Source: Centroscyllium fabricii
Taxonomy: Eukaryota
DNA length: 64,000 bases
Direction: 5' to 3'
NCBI GenBank assembly: GCA_051313645.2
Contig: JBNRSN020000017.1
Coordinates: 19,902,001-19,966,000 of the forward strand
The notes below the pieces were generated by a model. It had not been told where the DNA came from and did not search any database. It worked only from the letters and a program-made list of their open reading frames with translations. Shown piece by piece: positions 1 through 12,318 of the stretch. Within the stretch, counting starts at the first letter, position 1; the number at the start of each line of letters is the position of its first letter. Made by a program: the position numbers and the translations under genes.

Positions 1-342
1 CATCTTAGTCTAGTATTATCTGCGAGTCTAACCAACCCAACCACCTTTTAAACCAGCTTTGACATTCAGTTATCCTCCCAGGGGAGTCAAACCCAAAAGC
101 TGCAAGACTGCCTCCCCCCAGGGGTGTCTCAGCACTTCTTTTTGGAATTGGGGTGGGTCCTAATTCTGGAGGCATACTGACTGTCACCAGGAAATGGAAA
201 CGGTTTTGTGGTAATGTTAAAGTTGCAGTATAAATGTATACTCAAGAGGCCTATTCTGCAGGAAAGTGCCTGTGTGTGGACAGCTGAGCACAGAATCTGG
301 CTCAGCTGTGATGCCATCCATGATCAGTACCACACTGCATTG

Positions 343-731
343 CAGGTTGAAGACCGTTTATCCGGTAACCGAAACGCCGGCAGCTTCAGTCGTCTGGCAT
401 AAATCGCCCCGACAGCCCTGCGCAGGTGCAAAATGGCCGCCGCGATCGAGGCTTCGGCGAATGATCTGCGCATGCGCCGCCGAACGGCGAGCGCATGCGC
501 AGACCATTCAAAACTTCCGCCGGCCATTTTGAATGATCTGCGCATGCGCTCGCCATTCGGCGGCGCATGCGCAGATCATTCAAAATTTCGCGGCGGCCAT
601 TTCCAATGTTATGCGCATGCGCGTGGCCATTTTGAATGGTGCGCGCACTGGCCGGCTTCATTCTTCTTTTTTTGTCGCTATACCGGCGCGGACCTGGTCC
701 CGCCCGTGCCGGTATAACGGTGTTCAACCTG
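343..731. mobile_element. TcMar-Tigger/pogo-type MITE, copy 1
   Basis: TIRs CAGGTTGAA...TTCAACCTG with right TA (left TG). Internal GCGCATGCGC palindromes and AAAATGGCC motifs. Confidence 0.85.
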
Positions 732-758
732 TATAATCCTGAAACTCCCTACCCGACA

Positions 759-872
759 GCATGGTGGGAGTACCTTCACCATGTAGACTGCAGTGGCTCA
801 CGAAGACCCGCCACCACCACCTCACGGGCAACTAGGGATGGCCAATAAATGCCGGCCTTGAGAATTCTTTTT
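759..872 (+). mobile_element. 3' tail fragment of a shark SINE/LINE family
   Basis: ctagggatggccaataaatgccggcc tail, shared with the elements at 26160 (-) and 36430 (+). Confidence 0.55.
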
Positions 873-1683
873 AAATGACCACGGTCCTCCATTACGTTCA
901 GTATCTTAGAAGTGCTTGGTCTATTAGTAAGCAGATGAGATCACTAAACAAAGTCTTTCAGTTGTTTCCACCATCTCATAGTTAATAGATTTCCCCTCTC
1001 ATTTCAACTGAAGTTTTTTTTTGACACCAGTAATAATTTACTTTGGTTCTTTTTACGAAGTTACAATTTATGTCCATCAACCGAGGTCAGCGAGAGGTCA
1101 ACACCATTTGATAAACTAACCCGGCTGACCATAAAAATGTGGTTAATCTTACCAGCAGTCCTACTGGAGTGCTAAAGCAAACAAAAGCAAGAACAGGCTC
1201 TTCATGGCCAGTGCCAGCCCCACTTCAGATGTGCTTCACTGCATTATGGCGCATAATGATGCTCTCAGTCAAATAGCAGATGTGTGAAAATAAGCCAGCC
1301 ATTCAGAAAACATTGCGGTCCGTTTTAATGCCAATAAGCTCAATACAAGTACGTGATGTGATGAGTTACTCAAAAATGAATGATCTCTGCAGAGAAATTA
1401 ACTGAAAGGAAGTTTCATTTAAAACAAATACATGTGTTAGAGTTTGTGCAGCAAATGACAACCTGTGAAAACTAAAGGTGAGGTTTTGTATGTGTTTACT
1501 GAATGTACAAAACTCAACAGCTACACTGCTGGTAACAATGAGGAGAATTAACCACAATGCTCACCTGCCACCTTCCTCCTCCACACCTTCCTCCTCCACC
1601 CTCACTGTTCAAACAAAGTGAGCTATGTGTGTTCAACATAATTTTTCTGGGTGTGGAGGAATTTTTCAAAGCTTTGCTCTCAA

Positions 1684-2090
1684 GGGCGGCACGGTGGCAT
1701 AGTGGTTAGCACTGTTGCCCCACAGCACTAGAGATCCGGGTTCAAATCCAGCCTCGGGTACTATCTGTGTGGAGTTTGCACATTCTCCCCGTGTCTGCGT
1801 GGGTTTCCTCCGGGTGCTCCGGTTTCCTCCCACAGTCCAAAGATGTGCGGGTTAGGTTGATTGGCCAGGATAAATTGACCCTTAGTGTTAGGGCGATTGA
1901 ATATGTGGGGTTACGGGGATAGGGTGAGATATATGTCGGTGCAGGCTCGCTAGGGATCGAGGGATATGGGGAGAGGGCAGGACGGGGTACTGGGTTTGGA
2001 TGATCAGCCATGATCTCATTGAATGGCGGAGCAGGCTCGAAGGGCCGAATGGCCGACTCCTGCTCCTATCTTCTATGTTTCTATGTTTCT
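1684..2090 (+). mobile_element. HE1-like V-SINE (tRNA head, V domain, CR1 tail), full length
   Basis: Box A tggcatagtgg and box B ggttcaaatcc; V domain tgtgtggagtttgcacattctccccg; CR1-shared tail ending (ttctatgt)n. Confidence 0.92.
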
Positions 2091-2142
2091 AAGAGGTCAT
2101 CCAAATCCTGAGTAATACTACTAGCCGTTGTTTATTCTCTAT

Positions 2143-2869
2143 GGGGGAAATATTCGGTGGCTTGCGCTTCCCGTTATCGCCCTAAGAGGGCTGCTAATGG
2201 GGCGCAAGGCACTTAGCGCCTGGGGCTGGCGCCTCCCGCGATATTCAGTGGGGCGCTGGTGGGGGCGGTAACCGGTAGCACCCCGTGACGCTGCACCACC
2301 ACTGATGACGTCATCGCAGCGCCCAGCGACCCGCTCACGAGCTTCAGTCGCGCCCGCTGCCATACCGCCGGCTGCCGTCACCGACAGGGTCAGGGGGGCG
2401 TACTTGCAGCAGGGGAGCGATATTTAAAGGGGGGGGTGCCGGGCGGCCATTTTTCTTGCTGGCCGACTGTCAGCACCTGCCCCCTCTGCCGTCCCCGGCC
2501 TTCCCCGATGACCCCCCACCCCCCCTACTTCCCTCGAGTGCCGGGCTCCTTTGGCGGCATTGCGATCCCCGGCGGGCCAACGGGGCTCCGGTACGAGCCG
2601 CGCTGGGCCACTCCCCTTTAATCAGGGGAGGAAGGCCTGCAGTACCGCGGCGCGGCACTCTGCGGAGCGTGGCGCAGCGACCCACAGCGCCCGAAATGGA
2701 GTGGTAGCGCCTAAAGAACGAGGTGGGGCGCCTGCAGTAGAGCCTCACCTCCGACTTGGGGCGCTAAAACCCAATTTCAGGAGGAACGGCGGTAACTTTT
2801 TTGGGGCGCTAAAAGGTGTGCAAATCCGAGATTAGAGCCACAAACGGGGCGCAACCCAATTTTTCCCCC
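2143..2869. mobile_element. PIF/Harbinger-type MITE
   Basis: TIRs GGGGGAAA(T)ATT / AATTTTTCCCCC with 3-bp TSD TAT; GC-rich and non-coding. Confidence 0.75.
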
Positions 2870-3271
2870 TATGAATTGTAGAAATTGTTAATCACATAAC
2901 TGTATTATATATGGGTATAATGTGTGTTAGGAAGCCCGTCACTTCACCACCTGGGAATGTAAGTTGTCACCTTGTAGTTTTGCACGACCTGACACATGAT
3001 CTGGTGACTCTGATAAAACTATTTAATAGAATTACTCAATGCTGTGCCTGGTAAAATACAACTCTGAAGGAAAGAATTTCTTTTTATTAACCTGATGTGC
3101 AAAATGGATACTGCGTGTTAAGAAATTGCCTCAAATCACAATGGACTATTGTGGCCTTTGCCATAAATTACATTCAAAAAGTCTCCATTTACATCAGTTT
3201 AGATAGCATCAGTACATTAAGAGTTTGGATTTAAAAATCACAAGTCCCATCACGGCCCTTCTGCCCTCACT

Positions 3272-4042
3272 GGGGGGGATTTTTCCGGAAGTGCGGGAAC
3301 CTGGCGGGGATTGGTCGGGGCGGGTTCCTGTCCCGCCTGCCCTAAGACCTGGGAACCCCACGCAATTTTCATTTAATTGGGTTCTTAAATCCCCGCCTGC
3401 GGCAGCCGGTGGTAATTGACTCAATCGAGTCGGGGCTCCAGCGGGGCTCGAGCAGTTTGATTGACAGTTCCAGCACTGGTTGTTGACAGTTCCCATGGAA
3501 ACGCTCCACTGTGACATCACAGTCGAGTGGAACCAATGGGAAAGGTCAAATGCTGGTGACTGACAGGTGGGCGGGCGGGCTCCGAATCCTTGACAGCTCG
3601 GCACTGGCTGTGAGGAAATGTGCAAAGCTGAGATTTCTCAGTTATTGCCCACAGCTGGTGCACCCACCACGGAGTCACTTACTCCTCTAAGGTGCTGGAG
3701 GCATGCCAAGCATTTGGCAGCATGTCCTTCCCCACCTTGAAGGAGAAAGTAATGACCAGCGCTGTGCTCCCACTGGGTTTCACCCAGCGGGGTTTAAGGT
3801 GGCGGAGAATGGGTGGGAAACAGCTAAAAATGGCTAAGGGCCCTTAAAATGGCATTAAACATACCAATTAAGGGCCCTTAACGAGATGACAACCCATCCC
3901 CGCCAGCCGCAAGGTTTCGGGGCGTGGAATCAGGGCGGAGGAATATGTTAAAGCGGTGGGGATCGCGACCCACTGGTTGCGCTATTTTGCCGGCCGACCC
4001 GCCGAAAACCCCGCCTCACGGGGACATGAAATCCCCCCCCCC
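3272..4042. mobile_element. PIF/Harbinger-type MITE (family also at 12319 and 18551)
   Basis: TIRs GGGGGGATTT / AAATCCCCCC; internal homology to 12319-13116 and 18551-18925 in reverse orientation. Confidence 0.7.
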
Positions 4043-4892
4043 GACTACTGTTTCCAATTGGAGTTTTAAAGTGGCTTTAAGTAAACTGTTTCGCCTTCAC
4101 TGTAGTCAGGTACTTTGAATAAAGGTCGGGTTCTGTTTAGCAATGTGTTCACTTGCTGGAATGGAAAAGCCAGCTGACGAAAAAAAAGTTTTCAAAATAT
4201 GACAATGGTCTTTTAAAAATATGTAATTAGCTGTTTATATTTAAGAAAAGGCTCATGAGTGGAATTTGAAATTGATCCAAAGCAGAAGCCATTTATAAGA
4301 GAAACAAACTATGAATGGAAAATCGGTATAAAGAGATGAGATAGCAAGACAGGAGAAAGAAAATAAACAAAGAAAAAAAGAGTAATGCCAAACAGAAAGG
4401 AAGCTACAAAAGTGACAGAGCAAATTACAGTACGCAAGGCAGGAGAAATTATGAATCATAAAAGTCAAGAATCTAAACCAGGGCAATAAAACCAAGAGGA
4501 AAAAGTCACAGGTAAACTTCACTTGCAGATTCTAGAAGTTATGGTCTGCAATGCTGGTGGAATGTAAAGAAAATGCAAGTGGATGGAAGGGGGAAAGTGT
4601 TGCATAACACTGGAAATAAAAGTATCTTCCAGGCAATGCTGGAGAACCCTTCAAAAACATTAAATTGAAGTAATCCAGGAGAATGTTACACTTTAAAACA
4701 CTTTCTCGTTGAGTTATATAGCTAACTTTTTGCATTCTATTATTTTGCCTCCCCAATTCTTCCTCGCACTGCTCATCAGATTTGGCCTAAAGGACATACT
4801 GGAGTCCCATCCTTCTCCCAGATCTTCACCAAGGCCACTCTATATCCAGATGCCAAGGCCATTCTATATCCAGATGCCAAGGCCACTCGAGA

Positions 4893-5087
4893 CCCCAGGG
4901 CTGTCAGCCTCCTGAACTCTAAAAAGAAACTCCGGTACCTGCACGCCTGATAATGTACTCTACTGTATGCATTTTGCATGTAATTTATTTATTTTATTTG
5001 CACTACTCTCGGGAGCGTCGAGTCTTCGTCTCGTTGTATTGTACTAGTACTCTGCAATGACAATAAAACTTGAATTGAATTGAATTG
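4893..5087 (+). mobile_element. 5'-truncated Rex1/Babar-type LINE 3' end
   Basis: Encodes PRAVSLLNS (Rex1-like C-terminus); tail caatgacaataaa...(ttgaa)n; perfect 21-bp TSD agatgccaaggccactcgaga (4872-4892 and 5088-5108). Confidence 0.75.
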
Positions 5088-5341
5088 AGATGCCAAGGCC
5101 ACTCGAGATCAAGATGCCAAGAAGTGCACAAGATAACCTCATGGTGACCAGATCTGACTTTGCACACCCCACCCCGCTTTTCCTGTGGGAAAGTGACAGG
5201 CCTTTACTCGGCATCGCCCCATGTTTGAGATCAGCTGTTGACAGTTTGTTGGAGCTCTGACACTGCACAAGTGTAGCACCCTCGAGCTACCTTCTTACAT
5301 AAACAACAATCATTTTTGCAACAGTTTTACGTTATCTACAC

Positions 5342-6086
5342 CAGCGGTCCCCAACCTTTTTTGGACCGCGGCCCATTTTGGGCTAGTCCATTTTTTCACT
5401 GACCGGGGGGGTGGGGGTGCTGGCGGAGTTTTTTTCACTGACCGGGGGGGGGGGGGGGGGGGGTGTGCTGGCGGAGTTTTTGTAACTTACCGGGTTGGGG
5501 GGGGGGGGTGCTGGCAGAGTTTTTGTGACTTACCGGGTTGGGGGGCGGGGGTGCTGGCGGGGTTTTTGTAACTTACCGGGGGGTGGGGGGGGGGGGGGTT
5601 GCTGGCGGAGTTTTTTTTCCCGCACCAGCAGCAGCCGCCGGTGACTCAGGCCGTAGCAGCGGAGGCGGCCGCTCGCCAGCCCGGCCCGGCTGCAGGCGCG
5701 GAGCTGCTGTTGCTCGGCCGCCAGGACAAGCCTCCCGGCCGCCTGTGTCCGCAGTAAAACCCCCAGCGCCCGGTACCCGCGGGGCAGCAACATGGCCGCT
5801 CACTCTGGCCCGGCTTCGAGCGCCCAACCCGCCGCCAGCTTCAGCAGCCGGAGCTCCAACTACAGCGCCACCTGCGGCGCAGCCGAGCGACTGCGTCATA
5901 AAGCAGTGTCTATATAATAGGCATGATGTGGAGGTGCCGTGTAGGACTGGGGTGGACAATTGTAAGAAGTCACGCAACACAGGTTTTTTCACTGACACGG
6001 GGGCGGGGGCGCAGACCCTTCCGCAGCCCGGTAACAATGTCCCGCGGACCGGTGCCGGTCCGCGGACCGGCGGTTGGGGACCGCTG
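5342..6086. mobile_element. hAT-Charlie/Buster-type MITE
   Basis: 15-bp TIRs CAGCGGTCCCCAACC; perfect 8-bp TSD ATCTACAC; internal G-tract tandem repeats and a Penelope fragment (~5921-5990). Confidence 0.92.
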
Positions 6087-7775
6087 ATCTACACCATTAA
6101 AAGCTCTTGCAAAGTACCTGTACTATAAGCCATTGCCCGTCAGATCTTCTATGCTTTTGCCAAATTAGATCATGTTGAAGAACATGTATAGTGGAAGCAA
6201 AATTTTAGCTAACCTATTCAAAAGGAGAAAAACAAATAAGAAATCTAATTTACTATTTACACAGTTGGGATGGCGATACCCCTGTACAAATATATTACAA
6301 ATCACTTCAACTCCCCGCTCCTATTACAAGGGGGAAATCTATATTAGCAAGAAAAACAAATAAAATAAATTATTTAAAATGTAATATATTTTGTCAAATT
6401 TGACCAGTGGCAATGGCTGGAATATAGAATATTTTACAGCAGTGTTTCATTTTACACTCTCCCCCTCTGACTCAGGGTCAGCCCTCTACCAATTATTTTT
6501 CAAACAAGCAACTACTGAATCCTGTTCAGCTTTTGAATTTGTGTGTTGACAGCTTCCAAGCATCAGTAGATAGGTTCTAGAAAGGATGCGGTATTGTATG
6601 CATCATAATATATACCCCTTCATCTTAATCTGCTAAGGCACTTAGGTTACAAACTCCCAAGTAGTTCAACCACGGTTAAGCTTCTCACTTCACATCTTGT
6701 GACCAGCTGAAATGCAACTCCACCAGTCATACAAGTTCAGCAGTTTTCATCTGGCATGCCAAAGGTAGTCACACCACTGGCACATTTTTACCTCTCGGGA
6801 AGGTAACCTGATGGAGCAAGCTATCTCAACTAACGCTCCATATAAGCTGCGCAGCCCGAGACCGGCTTTTTCAATATTAGGGTTTGCGCATGCACAAGAC
6901 GATGAATGGGCCGTGCAGTTAAACAGGCCGCGCACCCCAACAAATTTGGGGGGGGGAACGGAACGGCACATTGGTCTCAACCAAGGGCAAAGTGCACTCT
7001 CTGCATGGTAGAGTAGTACAGTCTCCTACTCCCAGCTCAATGAGATAAAAATTAGCAAAAAGGTTAGGGTGACAATAAAGCAGGGGGGAACTCATTTTAT
7101 ACTCATGCTGACTTTTTGCTCATGACCAAACAAATTATACTGCAATGTCTGAAGTCCATGAGAAGTTTGGGGGTGGGGAGAAAGCAGAAAAAAAAGGCAG
7201 GAAAATTAGGAATGTACATGAAACAGTCAGGGGAAGTCATACCAGCAATTACTTTATCCCTCTTAAATTTACTACTACTATAAGTGAGTGGATTGTTCCA
7301 GCAAACTAACAACACATCTTCACCTACTTTAATCCAAACATTCAGATAATACTATTTACTCCAGTTAACTGACTCATTCTTTAATTAAATCACTTATACC
7401 CTGGACTGGATCTGTGAACATCTATGCTGCAATGCAACTATTGTATTTATTTTTCAGGATATGGTCGCATTTTTTTCAGCTTTTACAAAATAAAATTCAC
7501 ACGGTCAAGATAAATTAATGCATAGAGCAAATCATGATTTCCATCAACTAATCAAACTGCCAACCTGATTCCTCCCCATCCTCCTACACTATATAAAGAT
7601 ATATATATATATATATACACATACACACACACGTTAGTGGGGTTACCAGTTTACTGTTTGTAGATCTATAGATCAGTTAATATTTTAAGGCTTCAGAACT
7701 AAGGTCTGAAGTGATAGAGTTTAATTCACAGCCAATACACAATAAGGATATAGTTTAGTCCTCTATGTTTATTAC

Positions 7776-7902
7776 CATGATGTGGAGGTGCCGGTGTTGG
7801 ACTGGGGTGGACAATTGTAAGAAGTCACACAAACACCAGGTTATAGTCCAACAGTTTTATTTGAAATCACAAGATTTCGGAGCGCTGCTCCTTCCTCAGG
7901 TG
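7776..7902 (-). mobile_element. Penelope pseudo-LTR fragment (family A)
   Basis: Homologous to 16003, 55748, 61210 and 63584; TSD tgtttattac. Confidence 0.8.
7868..7902 (-). ncRNA. Minimal type I hammerhead ribozyme motif
   Basis: CAC-CUGAGGA-A-GGAGC agc GCUCC-GAAA-UCUU-GUG: both core boxes and stem II present; one change in the stem III palindrome. Confidence 0.6.
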
Positions 7903-8509
7903 TTTATTACATAAGTAAGACCACCTAAAGGGCCTGATTTTCCCCCCCTCCTACTGACCAGAGAGTAATTCAGGTAATACGCTTTTTACGTGAAGCCCAC
8001 TTTAATCCAACAATATTATGCAAGATTTGCACTTTATCTCACCACAGCAGAGTGGCCAATATCTCGAAAAACTTAGAAACAAGGACAAATCAAGTATTAC
8101 ATTTACAAAACTACTTCAACCCTAAATGCTATTACTTTTAATAAGAAGATATTGAGCAAATTTATATTATATATGCACACACACACACACACACACACAG
8201 ATACAGAAATATATAGACACAAAATTGTCATAAGTCATCAAACAAAAACTTTAATTTCTTGCACGCCAGCTTTGTCTCAGCTGGAATCAAGATTTCTCCC
8301 CACTCCTATTTTGCACCTCCTCTCTCCCTTGAAAGTTGTGACTCTTGCTGGGATACAGTTCAGTGTATGCCGAAAACCCTCTCCTGTCTCGCAAAATTAG
8401 ATATCCCTTCATGTGCGAGATCAGGCCGCATTGACAGATTATTCAAACATGAACCGCATATCGCAGCCGAACTCAACCCAGCAGCCTCAATCAACATCCA
8501 GATAGGCAT

Positions 8510-9595
8510 ATAGAAACATAGAAACATAGAAGATAGGAGCAGGAGTCGGCCATTCGGCCCTTCGAGCCTGCTCCGCCATTCAATGAGATCATGGCTGATC
8601 ATCCAAACCCAGTACCCCGCCCCTGCCCTCCCCATATCCCTCCATCCCTATCGAGCCTGCACCGACACATATCCCACCCTATCCCCGTAACATAAGAACA
8701 TAAGAAATAGGAGCAGGAGCAGGCCAATCGGCCCCTCGAGCCTGCTCCGCCATTCAATAAGATCATGGCTGATCTGATCCTAACCTCAATTTTATTTTTA
8801 CTCTCCACCCCGCCCAGACCAATGTGATCACCTGGGAGAGGTGAAAAACCAGACATGGCCGATCTGAACCTAGCCTCACGTCCACTTACCAGCCCGTTCA
8901 CCATAACCCCTAATTCCCTTTAATTCCAGGAAACTGTCTATCTCAGTTTTAAATTTATTCAACGTAGTAGCTTCTACAGCTCTCTGGGGCAGCAAATTCC
9001 ACAGCCGCACCACCCTCTGAGTAAAGAAGTTCCCCCTCATCTCAGTTTTGAAATGGGAGCCCCTTATTTTAAGATTATGCCCCCTAGTCCTAGGCTCACC
9101 CACCATTGGGAACATCCTCACCGCATCCACCCGATCAAGCCCTCTCACAATCTTATATATTTCAATAAGATCGCCTCTCATTCTTCTGAACTCCAATGAG
9201 TAGAGGCCCAATCCACTCAGCCTCTCGTCATATGTTAGCCCCCTCATCCCCGGAATTAACCTAGTGAATCTTCTCTGCACTGCCTCGAGAGCAAGTATGT
9301 CCTTTCTTAAATAGGGACACCAGAACTGCACGCAGTATTCCAGGTGTGGTCTCACCAATACCCTGTACAACTGCAACAAGACCTCCCTAGCACTAAGGGT
9401 CAATTTATCCTGGCCAATCAACCTAACCCGCACATCTTTGTACTGTGGGAGGAAACCGGAGCACCCGGAGGAAACCCACGCAGACACGGGGAGAATGTGC
9501 AAACTCCACACAGATAGTCACCCGAGGCTGGATTTGAACCCGGGTCTCCAGTGCTGTGAGGCAACAATGCTAACCACTATGCCACCATGCCGCCC
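8510..9595 (-). mobile_element. HE1-like SINE interrupted by a CR1 3' fragment (8689-9384)
   Basis: SINE head 9595-9385; CR1 ORF2 end (LLQLYRVLVRPHLEYC...) with (ttcttatg)n tail; SINE resumes 8688-8510. Confidence 0.9.
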
Positions 9596-10407
9596 AACAG
9601 CAGTCACTGGCCAGTGAGGAGGAGCTTGAACCTTGGCATATACCCCCCCCCCCCACCGCCCCGCCATAGCTCAACTGCACAGAAGCCTGATTTCTTTTGC
9701 CTTCACTACAACATTGCTGAGGTCAGCTAATGCGGTAGAGGCCAGTAATCTTCTTGGTCAGTAAGGCTCACGCAGTAGATTTAGTCATTCACCATCAGGG
9801 GAGCTTGAACACGGGTTTGTGAGAATTGTGGAGAAAAATAGTTACAACCAGGTTAAGTGTGGGAACTTTTTCATTAGATTCATGGGGCGGGGGGTGGGGG
9901 GGGGGGGGGGGGGGGGGGAGATTTAAAATTAGCAGCACACCTTGTATAAATGGAAAACATTACACAAGTGACTGAGCTCATAACCCATAACTCAACATTC
10001 TTCTATTTTCACTTTACACATGTAAAAGATAGCTTCAAGACAATTAACAGTGCTAGCTTTAAGAAAGCTCAATGTTACAAAAGGGCATAGCAGCGCAACA
10101 ATGCTGTCAGATAATATGTGACATAAGGCTTGGTGCTTCAGGTAATGGATCATCCATCTTGTATTGCCACCTATGACAGTCTTGAACAGAAGCACAAAGC
10201 AGGTGCCATCTGCTGGGTATTATCTTCTGGCTTCATAGAACACACAGAATAAGAGAGATTAAGATAGCTTGATAAACCTCAACAGCAAAGCTCCAATAGT
10301 TTATCCAATTAATGTTCAGATTTTTCTTTCCCGCTGAAGAACACACTCCAGACTGTTGTCTTTTTCACTGTTCCGTTTATTTATTTTTTGTTATTATGGC
10401 AGATAGT

Positions 10408-11446
10408 ATGCAGGGCAGAGTTAGGCCAATACCCACTACTAATTAATATCCAAAAAAGAGCAATCAAATTCTGGAAACATCTAAAACTGAGCAACCCCCA
10501 CAGCTATCACTACAAAGCCCTGAAATGCCAAGAAGCGAACATAAAGAGAAGTCCCCTCAGCCAACTAGTCCTGGGACTTAGCGAAGTAACTACTAACACT
10601 ACTGTTAACAACCAACTTAGCGGAGTAACTACTAACACTACTGGTAACAACCAGCCCCAGGACAGTGACGTCCTAGCACTCAGAATCCGACCCAACACAA
10701 TTATTACTAAACAAAAAGAAAAATACTTGAATTACTGGACAGAAATGACAAAAACCCAAAACAAACTAGATTGTTATTTGGCCCTAAACAGACAGTACAC
10801 CATGGCTGATTACCTGTCCATGGTGAAAGATAGCAAACTGAGAAAAACCCTGACAATGTACAGACTTTGCGAGCACAGCTTAGCCATCGAAAAAGGCAGA
10901 CACAGAAAGACTTGGCTGCCCAGAGAGGAAAGGCTGTGCTCCCACTGCAGTCAGGGAGTGGTGGAGACAGAGCTGCACTTCCTCACAACTTGCGAAAACT
11001 ATCAGGGAATAAGGGGAAATTTCTTCCCAAAATTTGCAACAACATGCCCTGAATTCAAAAATTTGAACGACCACCAAAAACTCCCATATCTATTGGGGGA
11101 ACAGAGGGACTGTATAAAATTAGCGGCAAACTACGTCACAGCTTGCCATAAGCAGAGGGACAACCAGTGACCATTGAAGCTAGGAAGAGCATACAAGCTC
11201 TATATGCGGGTATATATGTATGTGTGTGCGTAGCTATTCATTCAATACGTCTGGTTATGCATTTGTATGTCCAATTGTATATGTTCTTTTTTAGATCTAT
11301 CTGCGGGTTTTTATGTGTATGCATAGTTATTCATTCAATACGTCTGGTTATGCATTTGTATGTCCAACTGTATATGTTCTTTTTCTGTGCTTTGGCAACA
11401 TAGGATGTATCTTGTCATGCCAATAAAGCAATTTGAATTGAATTGA
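10408..11446 (+). mobile_element. 5'-truncated RTE-X-type LINE with an open ORF2 C-terminus (stop at 11170)
   Basis: CRAELG...RLCEHSLAIEKGR...CSHC-X8-H-X4-C knuckle; 3' UTR with a ~96-bp duplication, AATAAA and (ttgaa)n; TSD ATAGT. Confidence 0.8.
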
Positions 11447-11573
11447 ATAGTGAGCTCCTTTCTATTTACCATATTTCAGGCTCGAAGCAGTATTATTTAT
11501 GATGGGATTTCCCAGCACATTACTGCTCCTAGCCTGAAATACAGTAAAAGCGGTTTGCTTCTATACATTAAAT

Positions 11574-12210
11574 CCAACAACAACTTGTATTTATATACAA
11601 TAGCAAAATACTGCCGATGCTGGAAATCTGAACTAACAACAGAAAATGCTAGAAATACTTAACATCGAGTTCAACAATTTCAGACAATAATCCCTGCCCC
11701 TATTTTTCAATGCTGTATGATTTTGTCATTCCCATTTGCACCATTTTATCTTTCCTGCCTCTTGCATAAGCACAGTATGTTCTTTCAATTCCTTCCTCCC
11801 CTCCTAACGCCGCCTCCCCCCGTCTCTGCACCTGCTTAATATCCGTTACATCTCCAGCTTTTTCCAGTTCTGATGAAGGGTCCCAGACCTGAAACGTTAA
11901 CTCTGTTTCTCTCTCCACGGATGCTGCCTGGCCTGCTGAGTATCTCCAGCATTTTCTGTTGTTATTTGTGTTTATATAGCGCATTTAACGTAGTAAAACG
12001 TCTCAAGGCGCTTCAAACAAAATTTGACACTGAGCCTCAGAGAGAGATATTGGGGCATATGAGGAGGTCGGTTTTAAAGTAGCATCTTAAAGGAGGAGAG
12101 AGGCAGAGAGGTTTAGGGAGGGAATTCCAGAGCTTAGGGCCTTGGCAGCTGAAGGCACAGCCACCAATGGTTGAGCGATTATAATCAGGGATGCTCAAGA
12201 GGCCACAGTA
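11574..12210 (-). mobile_element. L2-type LINE 3' fragment split by a Penelope family B insertion (~11598-11968)
   Basis: caacaacttgtatttatata...tttatatagcgcatttaacgtag L2-like tail, homologous to 26008 and 28592. The nested element has an inverted 5' piece. Confidence 0.65.
11866..11902 (+). ncRNA. Minimal hammerhead ribozyme motif (Penelope family B)
   Basis: AGUU-CUGAUGA-A-GGGUC cca GACCU-GAAA-CGUU-AACU, with palindromic AACGUU stem III. Confidence 0.65.
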
Positions 12211-12318
12211 TCAAGGTCAAAGTATAAAAATGCTGTTATTGGACATTGTGCAAGAATTTGATGGTGCACTGGTACGTATGTTTGAACATAAAGCTTAACT
12301 CTGAGTGAGGGAAACAAA

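Noticed and set aside
5-187. ORF with PPELG resembling the BAIAP2 PVPPELAP segment
   Set aside because: Similarity is limited to four residues, there are no suitable splice sites, and exons 4-7 were not found before it.
1684-1755. tRNA gene (and similar heads elsewhere)
   Set aside because: tRNA-derived SINE head that continues into the V domain.
8876-9511. 211-aa ORF
   Set aside because: SINE V-domain fused to a CR1 ORF2 end by nested insertion.
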